Source of the DNA: Syntrophales bacterium
GTDB lineage: Bacteria; Desulfobacterota; Syntrophia; Syntrophales; UBA2210
DNA length: 64,000 nucleotides
Assembly: GCA_963666365.2 (NCBI GenBank)
Contig: CAXXNF010000001.1
Location: 320,001-384,000, forward strand
Direction: 5' to 3'
Below the pieces are notes generated by a model that made no database searches, had not been told where the DNA came from, and saw nothing but the letters and a program-made list of their open reading frames with translations. Positions 50,486 through 59,724 of this stretch are shown piece after piece. Numbering within the stretch: the first letter of the stretch is position 1; each line of letters opens with the position of its first letter. The position numbers and the translations under genes are program-made.

Positions 50486-50745
50486 TGACAAAAACTGATG
50501 ACCTGCTATTGATACTGAAGCGTAATCCAGAGGATGTCCGGTTTTCGGATTTGTGCAGAATATGTGATCACTATTTCGGCGAACCACGTCAGCAAAAAAG
50601 CAGTCATCGAATTTATAAAACGCCTTGGCAAGGAGACCCAAGGATTAATATCCAGAATCACAAAGGCAAGGCCAAGGCATATCAAGTCAAGCAGGTGCTT
50701 TTGGCTATTGAAAAATTGGAGGTAAGCCATGGCCACAAAAAATGA
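50485..50745 (+). CDS. hicA: HicA-family toxin
   Basis: NP.DVRFSDL, SSH, KAKAYQVKQV; precedes hicB. Confidence 0.85.
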   Translation: MTKTDDLLLILKRNPEDVRFSDLCRICDHYFGEPRQQKSSHRIYKTPWQGDPRINIQNHKGKAKAYQVKQVLLAIEKLEVSHGHKK

Positions 50746-51058
50746 TAAATATACGTACCGGGTGACCTGGTCTGAAGATGATACTGAATATGTGGGACTG
50801 TGTGCTGAATTTCCCAGCTTAAGTTGGCTGGCCGATACGCCGGAAAAGGCTCTGAAAGGGATCCGAAACCTTGTAGCGGAAGTGCTATTTGACATGGGCA
50901 AAACCGATGAGCCTATCCCCGAACCAATCGCAAGTAAACACTTCAGCGGAAAATTCATGGTCCGGGTCCCTCCAGAGGTACATAGAAAATTGGCCTTACA
51001 AGCTGCTGAGTCCGGCGTAAGCCTTAATCGTATTGCCAGTTCCAAATTGAGCCAGTAA
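50729..51058 (+). CDS. hicB: HicB-family antitoxin
   Basis: YVGLCAEFPSLS, FSGKFMVRVPPEVHRKLA...VSLN (RHH); overlaps hicA. Confidence 0.9.
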   Translation: MATKNDKYTYRVTWSEDDTEYVGLCAEFPSLSWLADTPEKALKGIRNLVAEVLFDMGKTDEPIPEPIASKHFSGKFMVRVPPEVHRKLALQAAESGVSLNRIASSKLSQ

Positions 51059-51073
51059 ATAGATCTGTAAATA

Positions 51074-51174
51074 CGGGGACACCATATCTATTTATTGATA
51101 TCCTTCGGTTTTCTTCCTGTCTTCTTCGGCTTTAGGAGTCGATCCAGGAAGTTTTTCAGAGCTTCGATAAAACA
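51074..51174 (-). pseudogene. C-terminal remnant of a REP-associated (RAYT-like) tyrosine transposase plus flanking motif
   Basis: FIEALKNFLDRLLKPKKTGRKPKDINK* followed by atatggtgtccccg. Confidence 0.5.
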
Positions 51175-51277
51175 TATGGAATGTACCTTGACGCTGGAAT
51201 AACCTGGACTAATCGCCTCCGCATCCAGTCAGTGGTCAGCGACCCCATCCCCGAATCATCCTATCTCCTCGGCATTC

Positions 51278-54200
51278 TTACGGAACCTGGGACAGCACGA
51301 CCCGGAATCCGTTATCGAAACCCTGGGCATTGTAGCTGCTGGAACGATGAGCGGAACGACATTGGTCAGCCGGACTGCGCCAGCCGCCGCCGCGCAAGAC
51401 ACGACTGTCACCGGATGAGGGGCCGGTCGGATTGATTGCCGCTTCGGATGGATATACACCATATCGATCTTGAACCCACTCTCCGACATTGCCGTGCATA
51501 TCGTAGAGACCCCACTGGTTTGGCGCAAAACTTGCCACCGGTACGGTACGATTATAGGCAATGTACCAGCTGAATCGAGGAAACCCGTCGCCGAGCCATT
51601 CTTTATCGAAATAATTAGCCTCCTCCCTGGAAAGGCTGTTTCCCGTATGAAAGGGGGTTGTGGTTTGCGCTCTGGCCGCGTACTCCCACTCCGCCTCGGT
51701 GGGCAGACGATAGACGCCTTCCCCGAGCGTGTTGAGCTTTTCAATGAAGGCCTGTATCTCGCTCCAGGTAACCTGCTCGACGGGACAGTCATCACCGCAA
51801 TCAGAAAAATAAGAAGGGGTGCTCCCCATGACTGCCTTCCACTGACCCTGTGTAACCTCGGTGGTCTGCATGTAATAGTGCTCCGTCAATGTCACTGAGT
51901 GCAGGGTCTCATTGTCCGATCTTCCCGGTTCGTCCTCGGGACTTCCCATCATGAAGGCGCCGGCGGGTATGAGTTGGAAACTCATACCAAGCGAGTTAAT
52001 GAATGCGGTGACGTCGATTCTGATCCGGCGCGACGTCCAACTTGAAAAACATTCCGACACGAGACCATCGTACACATAATGAAATTTGATGTTGTTTACG
52101 TAGGCGCCCCTGGGCAGTTTCCCTGTGTCGATGGTTACCGTAACCGTTGCGGTTTCATTTTTGCCGAGCCTTCCTGAAGTTGGCGAAATCGTCGCAGTGT
52201 CGTCTTCATTTATCTCAACCGTCCACACCAGTGACCGTTGACCGCTGTTTTTGAGCGTATACTGCCGGCTGATCACGTCGCCAGTCCCCTGGAGGACGGA
52301 TTCAATGATGTCTGCACCCTGAACTTCAAGGTCGCCTTCCCTGACCAGTCGAAATCCCCGGTAGAGGTTCACGGTGGTGGGACTGAAGCTGCCGCGATAT
52401 GCGGAGCGGCAGTTCATGGCATAAGTGCTCCCACCGCGGACAACACGGTCAAAGCCGCATACGGGCCCGGTCGGATCAGTCACCCCTTCGGAAGGATACT
52501 CGTCATACCAGTCCTGAACCCATTCCGCAACATTGCCGTGCATGTCGTAGAGACCCCAGGCGTTGGGTTGTTTCCCCGCCACCGGCTGCGTCACAAAGCC
52601 TATTCTGGCATATGCATAATAACCCAGCGAATTTCCGTAATACCACCCCATATCATCCAGATTCGGATCATATCCATCCAGAGTTTCCGAGATATCGCCA
52701 TTGGCAAATGCGGTCGCACTGCCGGCCCTGGCGGCATATTCCCACTCCGCCTCGGTGGGCAGACGATAGGTTCCCTGGCCGCGCTTGTTCAGTTCCTCAA
52801 TGAAATCCTGAACGTCCTTCCATGTCACATTCTCGACCGGGCAGGAATAACCGCAATCCGAAAACCACGATGGGTTGCTTCCCATAACCGCCTCCCACTG
52901 TCCCTGTGTGACCTCGGTGGTCTGCATGTAGTAGGCCTTTGACAAGGTCACCTGGTACTGGGTTTCATCATCCGATCTTCCAGGTTCATCCTCGGGACTC
53001 CCCATCATAAAGGAACCGGCGGGAATGAGGTTAAAGCTCATGCCCGGGGAGTTGGTATAGGTGCCACCGTGTTCTGTGACAATATTCACACTGATCTGGC
53101 GCAAAGTCGAACCTGATGCATACCCGGACAGGAGTTCAGGATCATAGAGATTCTTGAAATGGAGTGTGTTTCGGTATGTTCCTGTCGGCAGCGCTTCCGT
53201 ATTGATGCTGACGGTAACTGTTGCCGTCTGATCTGTGCCAAGATTGCCTGATGTCGGAAAAATCGATATTGCATCATCCTCAACAAAATCAATTGCCCAG
53301 TCCAAAGGCAATTGACCGGTATTTTTAAGCATGTATTGCCGGACGATTACGTCGCCGGACCCGAGGAGGACTGCCTTAATGATATCCGCCCCCTCAACTT
53401 CCAGATAGGGGGCGCGCTTACAATCCCCTGTCCATACCAGTCGGAAACCGCGATGATTGCTCCGGTCGTCCGAAGGTGCATCGTCCCGGCCGGCAGAGCG
53501 GCAGCGCCCGGCGCTGTCGTTCCAGCCGCCGCCGCGAAAAATCCGATGCACGCCCGAGGCAGGCCCGTGCGGATCGGTCACCGCTTCGGTTGAATACTCG
53601 CCATACCAGTCCTCAACCCACTCCCCGACATTGCCGTGCATGTCGTAGAGCCCCCAGGTGTTGGGTGCAAAACTCGCCACCGGCACAACCGTTTCCCGAT
53701 TTTCCCCGGATGCACAGCCGGTCAGCGGGTATTTCCCGTTGTAATTCGCTTCGTCCGTGGAAAGACAGTCGCCTGTATAAAAGGGGGTTGTGGTTTGCGC
53801 TCTGGCCGCAAGTTCCCACTCCGCCTCGGTGGGCAGACGGTACGTGCCTTGACCCCGTGTATTCAATCTGGCGATGAAGGTTTGCACGTCGTCCCATGAG
53901 ACCTGTTCAACCGGACAATCGTCACCGCAATTTGTAAAATAAGACGGGGTGTTCCCCATGACTGTCTGCCACTGCCCCTGCGTCACCTCGGTGGTCTGTA
54001 GGTAATAGTCCCTGGTCAGGGTTACCGGGTGCCTGGTTTCATCACTGAATCTTTCAGACTCTTCCGCGGCGCTTCCCATCATGAAGGCGCCAGCGGGAAT
54101 ATGGTTGAATTTCATGGCCAGTGTGTTCTCAAAGGTAACAACCTCCACCCTGACCTGACGAGAAATGATGTTTGATGCATCACCGGACAGATTTTTGAAA

Positions 54201-55501
54201 TGGATGCTGTTCATGTACATGCCTCTGGAGAGCTTGGCGGTGTCAATGAACAGGGTTACTGTTGCCGTTTCAGCAAAGTCGAGGCTTCCTGAAGCCGGTG
54301 AAAGTGAAATCGCATCATCCTCAGCAACCTCGATTGCCCAATCCAGCGGCAATTGGCCGTTGTTCATCAGTGTGTACCGCTGGGCGACCACTTCACCCGA
54401 TGCGTGTTCAACGGTTTTGATGATGTCCTCGCCGTATACGTCAAGACACGGCTCCGGGTTGCAAACCCGTATCAAACGAAATCCAATGTAATTGCGACGG
54501 ATTTTCCCGTCGTAGTTGATGCGGATGGCGGAACGGCAGAGACCGGCGCCACTGTTCCAGCCGCCGCCGCGCACAACCCGGGTCGTGCCCGTCGAGGGCC
54601 CGTGCGGATCGGTCACTGCTTCCGATGGATACTCGCCATACCAGTCCTGTACCCACTCCCATACATTGCCGTGCATGTCGTAAAGACCCCATGTGTTAGG
54701 CGCAAAAGTTCCCACCGGCACGACCGCCTCGCGATTTTCCCCGGATGCGCAGCCCGCCAGCGGGTATTTTCCGTTGTAATTCGCTTCATCCGTGGAAAGA
54801 CAGTCGCCTGTATAAAAGGGGGTTGTGGTTTGCGCTCTGGCCGCGTATTCCCATTCCGCCTCGGTGGGCAGACGATAGACGCCTTCCCCGAGCGTATTGA
54901 GCTTTTCAATGAAGGCCTGTATCTCATTCCAGGTAACCTGCTCGACGGGGCAGTCATCACCGCAATCAGAAAAATAGGATGGGGTGTTCCCCATGACTGC
55001 CTTCCACTGACCCTGTGTAACCTCGGTGGTCTGCATGTAATAGTGCTCCGTCAATGTCACCGAGTGCAGAGTTTCATTGTTCGATCTTCCCGGTTCGTCC
55101 TCGGGGCTTCCCATCATGAAGGCGCCGGCGGGTATGAGATGGAAGCTCATGCCAAGAGAATTGGTGAATGTTCCGCCGTGTGTGTGCACTGGCTCCCTCA
55201 GCTGTGCGGCAATTTGCAAAATATAGGTCACTTCAGCCATGCCGATTCCCCTATTCCGGTTTATATCGGCAGACTTGTAAACCTTCGTTGCAGGAGCTAC
55301 CCCGACTAACAGCTGCATTGAGATGATGGCATCGAACAACTCGATCTTTCCATTACCGTCCACATCTCCTCTCTGAACAATGCGAAATTCTTCATATTCT
55401 TGTGTTCCAGTCTGATCAGCAAAGAGAATGGTCGCAGCGGTGCAAAAACAACAAACAAAAAGCAGAACGGCTACAAATATTTTCTTGGAAAGTCCTGCCA
55501 T
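51278..55501 (-). CDS. Secreted protein: N-terminal dockerin-like domain + four FGE-sulfatase/C-type-lectin-fold domains separated by Ig/BACON-like linkers
   Basis: Signal peptide; GDVDGNGKIELFDAI...ADINRNRGIGMAEVTYILQ; four repeats of F.MGS...TEVTQGQW...PVE.V...RLPTEAEWE.AARA...GLYDMHGNV.EWV.D...RGG...GFR. Confidence 0.92.
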   Translation of the reverse strand: MAGLSKKIFVAVLLFVCCFCTAATILFADQTGTQEYEEFRIVQRGDVDGNGKIELFDAIISMQLLVGVAPATKVYKSADINRNRGIGMAEVTYILQIAAQLREPVHTHGGTFTNSLGMSFHLIPAGAFMMGSPEDEPGRSNNETLHSVTLTEHYYMQTTEVTQGQWKAVMGNTPSYFSDCGDDCPVEQVTWNEIQAFIEKLNTLGEGVYRLPTEAEWEYAARAQTTTPFYTGDCLSTDEANYNGKYPLAGCASGENREAVVPVGTFAPNTWGLYDMHGNVWEWVQDWYGEYPSEAVTDPHGPSTGTTRVVRGGGWNSGAGLCRSAIRINYDGKIRRNYIGFRLIRVCNPEPCLDVYGEDIIKTVEHASGEVVAQRYTLMNNGQLPLDWAIEVAEDDAISLSPASGSLDFAETATVTLFIDTAKLSRGMYMNSIHFKNLSGDASNIISRQVRVEVVTFENTLAMKFNHIPAGAFMMGSAAEESERFSDETRHPVTLTRDYYLQTTEVTQGQWQTVMGNTPSYFTNCGDDCPVEQVSWDDVQTFIARLNTRGQGTYRLPTEAEWELAARAQTTTPFYTGDCLSTDEANYNGKYPLTGCASGENRETVVPVASFAPNTWGLYDMHGNVGEWVEDWYGEYSTEAVTDPHGPASGVHRIFRGGGWNDSAGRCRSAGRDDAPSDDRSNHRGFRLVWTGDCKRAPYLEVEGADIIKAVLLGSGDVIVRQYMLKNTGQLPLDWAIDFVEDDAISIFPTSGNLGTDQTATVTVSINTEALPTGTYRNTLHFKNLYDPELLSGYASGSTLRQISVNIVTEHGGTYTNSPGMSFNLIPAGSFMMGSPEDEPGRSDDETQYQVTLSKAYYMQTTEVTQGQWEAVMGSNPSWFSDCGYSCPVENVTWKDVQDFIEELNKRGQGTYRLPTEAEWEYAARAGSATAFANGDISETLDGYDPNLDDMGWYYGNSLGYYAYARIGFVTQPVAGKQPNAWGLYDMHGNVAEWVQDWYDEYPSEGVTDPTGPVCGFDRVVRGGSTYAMNCRSAYRGSFSPTTVNLYRGFRLVREGDLEVQGADIIESVLQGTGDVISRQYTLKNSGQRSLVWTVEINEDDTATISPTSGRLGKNETATVTVTIDTGKLPRGAYVNNIKFHYVYDGLVSECFSSWTSRRIRIDVTAFINSLGMSFQLIPAGAFMMGSPEDEPGRSDNETLHSVTLTEHYYMQTTEVTQGQWKAVMGSTPSYFSDCGDDCPVEQVTWSEIQAFIEKLNTLGEGVYRLPTEAEWEYAARAQTTTPFHTGNSLSREEANYFDKEWLGDGFPRFSWYIAYNRTVPVASFAPNQWGLYDMHGNVGEWVQDRYGVYPSEAAINPTGPSSGDSRVLRGGGWRSPADQCRSAHRSSSYNAQGFDNGFRVVLSQVP

Positions 55502-55806
55502 CCTCAGCCTCCCTTCAAGCATCGGTTTATTCCTTTGGTGTAGAGAAAACCGCTCACAATCCACGATTGATTTTGGACAGGGCGATTTATCGGGTTATCG
55601 GGGCGTACAATGATTTGCAGGATCACACATCGTACGAGAATTTTGACGGGGCGAAGCATAGTAACAGTAATTTTTTTTGTCAAGAAGAACGGAGTCGCAG
55701 GCAAATTATTTCTGTAACCGCCGCCCGACGCTCAGCGACTACAGAACTAAAGGCGCCTGAAAATATTACAACGGAGGCAAGTTATGAAATCAAGATTCAT
55801 TATTGT

Positions 55807-57579
55807 CCTAAATTCCCGGCTTAATGTAACGAGGTTGGCGGGGCGATCCCCATTGCCTCATAAAGTTCGATTTGTTTCTTTGTCACTTCACCTACGCGAA
55901 GTTCATACCCCGGGTACTCAAAGCATTCAATGATGTCCAGTTCATCCAGAAGCTCATGCATCGTATATTTTTTGAAAAGATTTCCATCTTGCATCTTCTT
56001 TTTGAGATAAGAAAGAAAAATAAGCGCGATAAATTCCACAAACAGCTTGCCGTCCAGACTTTGATCGGAGGACACCGCCATGCGGTTGAAATTCAGTCGC
56101 TCTTTCAGATTTCCGAAGGCCTTTTCCACAAGATCCTTGTTCCGGTATATTTCCAGGGCTGCGATAGGTTCCCTGACCTCGTTGCTGAGTAACACAAAAA
56201 ATCCATAATTCTTTCGTGCATCAAGAAGAGCATCCTCTCTGGCAATAACCTTTGTCCCTCTTACCGGGGTGGTGGTGACATCAAAATATTTGGCGTACAG
56301 CCTGTCGTGTTCCGGAAGGGTTGCGCCGCCTTCCAATTCCTCCTGCAGACGACAAAGCAGGGCGTTGAAGTTCTTTTCATCCTCCAATGCCCGTTCACTG
56401 TTAAAATAGAGGTGCATATACATCCGGCGTTTTCCCTTAAGAATATCGCCCTTGTAAGGACGCTCCTGAGAATAGTCCCATTCTATCTTCGTGGTGCAGG
56501 CATAAAGATCATGTTTCTGATTATAGTGTGTCCAGGTACGGAGTGAATCGCGCACATTATCCAGTTCGGTCTTTACGAATTTCAACGACTTCTTTGCGGC
56601 AATCAGGAATTTCAAATGATTCCGGTACAGGTCGTTGATATTGTCCTCGCTGTAGAATCCCCTGTCCATAACCAGCTTGATCTTGTCGTACCCAAAGAAA
56701 TCGATGTCAGCCAGAAGGTTCTTCACTGTCTTCACATCGGGAATGTTGCCTGCAAGTTTTCGGTAGTAAAAAGGAAGATTGGATTCCTCCCCGAACAATA
56801 ACGCGAGATTGATCTGCGGAAGCGGCTCATGATCCTTGTTCATCCCGTATCTGACCTGGCTTAAGCATCTGGAATAGCTCGATATGGAGGTCGTATCATA
56901 GGCCCAGTACTCTTTCTCGACTCGCCGTCTTCCCTGCAGCCGGAAAAACCGATTCTTGTCGTCTTCGGTAATAGATGCGAACAACTCACTGCTCCTCTGA
57001 GAAGGGATGTTTCTGCCGTAAGGATGCCTATGCGTGGCTGCCCATTTCGGAAAACGGCTCAAGGGGTTCCTGTCCTCCATGATGAGGTAGTATGCCGTGG
57101 ACAAAATCTGTTTGTATGTGCCGGGAAAGCATTTTTTCAAATCCGCGGCAATCCCGAGCTTCTCGCCGATGGCGTCAAAAAGGTATGTTGCCCCGTAAAA
57201 ACTGCGGGATACATTCTCGATAGGGACCGGACCTCTTTTATGGACTTTGTCATGATTGCCGGGATCAGTGGCAACCACCCTTTTTCTGGTCGGGATGATC
57301 TCCTTTGTCTCGGGATCAACCCGTCCGATGCATCTACGTGTGGCACGAGACTGCTTTTTCTCTTTATCCCAGTAGGATAGCGATTCATAGGCATAGGTAA
57401 TTCCCGTCTGCTTGCTGGTCTGATACACAATCGCCGCCATTGAGCACCCCCCCCTTTTTTATCATCGTTACATTATGCTTAACATGTAACGAGACTCAAA
57501 TCAAGGAAAAATGCTCCGATCTATTAATGTTTATTCGGCTTTTATGCCTTTCATCGTTACATTATACCGGGAAGGCAGG
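55807..57579 (-). mobile_element. IS1634-family insertion sequence, complete
   Basis: 26-bp imperfect TIRs (cctaaattcccggcttaatgtaacga / tcgttacattataccgggaaggcagg); TATTGT duplicated at 55801-55806 and 57580-57585. Confidence 0.92.
55821..57440 (-). CDS. IS1634-family DDE transposase
   Basis: YWDKEKKQSR..RRCIG N-terminus; YDTTS, MDRGFYS, YRNKDLVEKAFGNLK. Confidence 0.9.
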   Translation of the reverse strand: MAAIVYQTSKQTGITYAYESLSYWDKEKKQSRATRRCIGRVDPETKEIIPTRKRVVATDPGNHDKVHKRGPVPIENVSRSFYGATYLFDAIGEKLGIAADLKKCFPGTYKQILSTAYYLIMEDRNPLSRFPKWAATHRHPYGRNIPSQRSSELFASITEDDKNRFFRLQGRRRVEKEYWAYDTTSISSYSRCLSQVRYGMNKDHEPLPQINLALLFGEESNLPFYYRKLAGNIPDVKTVKNLLADIDFFGYDKIKLVMDRGFYSEDNINDLYRNHLKFLIAAKKSLKFVKTELDNVRDSLRTWTHYNQKHDLYACTTKIEWDYSQERPYKGDILKGKRRMYMHLYFNSERALEDEKNFNALLCRLQEELEGGATLPEHDRLYAKYFDVTTTPVRGTKVIAREDALLDARKNYGFFVLLSNEVREPIAALEIYRNKDLVEKAFGNLKERLNFNRMAVSSDQSLDGKLFVEFIALIFLSYLKKKMQDGNLFKKYTMHELLDELDIIECFEYPGYELRVGEVTKKQIELYEAMGIAPPTSLH

Positions 57580-57609
57580 TATTGTGGCAGTGGTGGTTAT
57601 CGCCTGTGC

Positions 57610-57708
57610 AGTCAAGGTCGTATGGGGGGTCGTACCTTGACTATTGACTGAGATTGACGAATCGACTCCACACATCCAGTCAATAGTCAACGCCTGGCCC
57701 CATTTCCT
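57610..57708. repeat. Inverted pair of REP-like repeats (REPIN/BIME-like)
   Basis: ttgactattgactg ... cagtcaatagtcaa perfect 14-bp IR flanked by gggg/cccc; additional agtcaaggt/accttgact IR. Confidence 0.78.
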
Positions 57709-57747
57709 TTGCTCTCAATAATCTACCCCTACCACTGCTCTTTTTTT

Positions 57748-57969
57748 TCAATGCTTGAAGTATTTTTTATATGAATATATCGTCGTTCCTATGTAAATAA
57801 TAAACATAAAACAAGCGATAAATATTAAATTATTTATATTGAGCTTTAACATTGCTAATTCAAGTAATTGTGTGCAAATTACAAAAATTACTATAAATAT
57901 CATTGGCTTTTCTAAAAATATATTTATTAATAATCTTTTTTTCCGCCTGGATAAATCTTGATTGTGCAT
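57748..57969 (-). CDS. Small AT-rich 2-TM protein, candidate orphan immunity
   Basis: 73 aa hydrophobic; RBS gagg; lies in the Rhs array. Confidence 0.6.
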   Translation of the reverse strand: MHNQDLSRRKKRLLINIFLEKPMIFIVIFVICTQLLELAMLKLNINNLIFIACFMFIIYIGTTIYSYKKYFKH

Positions 57970-57983
57970 AATTTTTACCTCTA

Positions 57984-58205
57984 CTAATGGACTAAATAAA
58001 AACTAAAAATTAAGATAATCATACCTCCGACTAATCCAATCAAGCTACTCATGAGAATAATCCATCCATACTTTTTCACCCGTCTCTTTCTTCTTTTCTC
58101 TTGATCCCCAGTATAATTTAGCCTGCCTGTATAATATAATAATCCCCATATTGCCGATAATATAAAAAACAAAGCTTCTAGTATATCCCACCATGCTTTA
58201 TTCAT
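57984..58205 (-). CDS. Small 2-TM protein, candidate immunity for orphan Rhs tip 3
   Basis: 73 aa; two TMs around a basic loop; directly downstream of the tip. Confidence 0.68.
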   Translation of the reverse strand: MNKAWWDILEALFFILSAIWGLLYYTGRLNYTGDQEKRRKRRVKKYGWIILMSSLIGLVGGMIILIFSFYLVH

Positions 58206-58247
58206 AATGTGACAACCTTTTTACATCTAATATTTTCCGATTAATAT

Positions 58248-59145
58248 TCAGTTTATCCCGTAAGCATCAGCAATACCTCGCAGAACAGATCCTTTTATAT
58301 CCATATTTGTCTCAGGATGTCCACACAGCATATCATCAACAATGCCTTGTACTACTGAGGCTGCAATACTATAATCTGAAGGTATGCCTTGTAAATCTTC
58401 TTTAAATCCGAATACTATGCTCGCCTCAAGTAAAGATTTTGATCCATAAATGACGCCGCCCACTACCGCTGGGGCGCCTTCTGGTAAAGTTACGATTCCA
58501 GCTATTGTGATAGCTCCAGCAGTAACAACTTTCCCCGCAGCTTTTATTTTACTTATTGTAATGTTTTTCTCTTTTTCTTTATCCTCTGGGTCAACTTGAT
58601 CATTCGTTTCCGAATTTGATGTTTCATTCCCATCATCACTGCTGCTGGGGTCACTGAGTCCATTCATAGAATTATTGGTATTATCATTAACATCTGTGTA
58701 TCCCCCACCCGATGCATCACTTGAGCCGCCCGGCCCCGTTTCAGCTGAATCAGCCGTGTCTGCATCGCCGTACCCACCATAATTTTGTCCGTTCGGGTCC
58801 ACATAGATCAACGGATTGTTAAGACAATAACTGTACCGGTTCAGACTCTGGGGGTTATAGAGGTCAGGAATGATGATATCTGCACAAATAAACCGTCCGA
58901 TGACCGGATCGTAAAGGCGAGCGCCGTAGTTGTAGAGCCCCGTTTCGGCATCCAGTTCCTGATCGGTGAACTTGTAGGCGCTGACATCAATGCCCGTATG
59001 GTCTCGCATGGAGCCAAAGGGCATGTAGTCGGTGGCCTCAGCGGTGCCAACTCCGTAAAAGTCGGTCATCACAGTGGAACTTCCCAGGTGGTCCTTATGG
59101 AAGTAAAATGTTCCTTCAGTTGAGATCTTGGCGATCCGCAGGTTT
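58248..59145 (-). pseudogene. Orphan Rhs core-end + C-terminal tip (module 3)
   Basis: LRIAKISTEGTFYFHKDHLGS...NPQSLNRYSYCLNNPLIYVDPNG followed by a unique tip; no credible start codon. Confidence 0.88.
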
Positions 59146-59220
59146 TCGTTCAGGTAAAGAAGAATTTTTACTCGATAATCAACGACTAACTCCATTTTAC
59201 CTGTTACTTTTCCATTTGCT

Positions 59221-59667
59221 TTACTCTTCTTTGTCCCACACATCTTTAAAATTGTTTGTTTTTATTGATTGAACAATATTTAAAAATGTCTTTTGATTCT
59301 CTAAGTAATATACAATTATATTTCTATTTGCTGTAAAATACAATTCTGTAACGGCTATCGGTCCGAAGCTAACTACATAATGTACTCCAACCAAGTCTTT
59401 AGTGTCATAACTCTTCTTCTTTTTTAAAAACCTATTTACAATTATTTTATTGTCTGAAATAATTATATGGAATTTTATAAATGAAATAAGTATATAAATA
59501 AGGACAATGGATAATATTACCAGAAGTGGAAATCGCCAAAAATAGTTTGGCATTGTTCCTATAGTATATCGATAATGAATGTATGCAAAAGATCCTAAAT
59601 ACACTATTACAATTAACAACATTAATGATTTGTACAATATATTAATCTTAAATTTTATCTCTTTCAT
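59221..59667 (-). CDS. AT-rich 2-TM + small beta domain protein, candidate immunity for tip 2
   Basis: Two TMs followed by a bPH-like segment; follows the tip of module 2. Confidence 0.65.
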   Translation of the reverse strand: MKEIKFKINILYKSLMLLIVIVYLGSFAYIHYRYTIGTMPNYFWRFPLLVILSIVLIYILISFIKFHIIISDNKIIVNRFLKKKKSYDTKDLVGVHYVVSFGPIAVTELYFTANRNIIVYYLENQKTFLNIVQSIKTNNFKDVWDKEE

Positions 59668-59724
59668 ATTAACAATTCACTTTCGATACAATTAATTACG
59701 TTGCTATTTATTCACACATGAAAT

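Larger units (their letters stand above)
55784..57640 (+). pseudogene. Short signal-peptide-like ORF interrupted by IS1634
   Basis: Removing the IS and one TSD gives MKSRFIIVAVVVIACAVKVVWGVVP*, with RBS ggagg at 55773. Confidence 0.55.

Noticed and set aside
51278..55501. Catalytic formylglycine-generating enzyme
   Set aside because: All four domains lack the active-site Cys pair, and no sulfatase gene is nearby.
55695..55765. Possible c-di-GMP-I riboswitch (ggcaaa...gacgc...ctaaag)
   Set aside because: The GAAA tetraloop stem and GCAAA motif are missing and pairing is unconvincing; an Rfam scan is needed.
57610..57708. CRISPR-like repeats
   Set aside because: Repeats are inverted or dispersed, not a regularly spaced direct array; no cas genes.
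50200..57800. Complete DGR cassette (RT, TR, avd) near the FGE gene
   Set aside because: No reverse transcriptase ORF and no AAC-rich non-coding copy of a variable region found in the window.
59146..59243. N-terminus of the 331-aa ORF 58248-59243 as a genuine start
   Set aside because: It overlaps the upstream immunity gene and precedes the Rhs homology junction; likely a fortuitous open frame.
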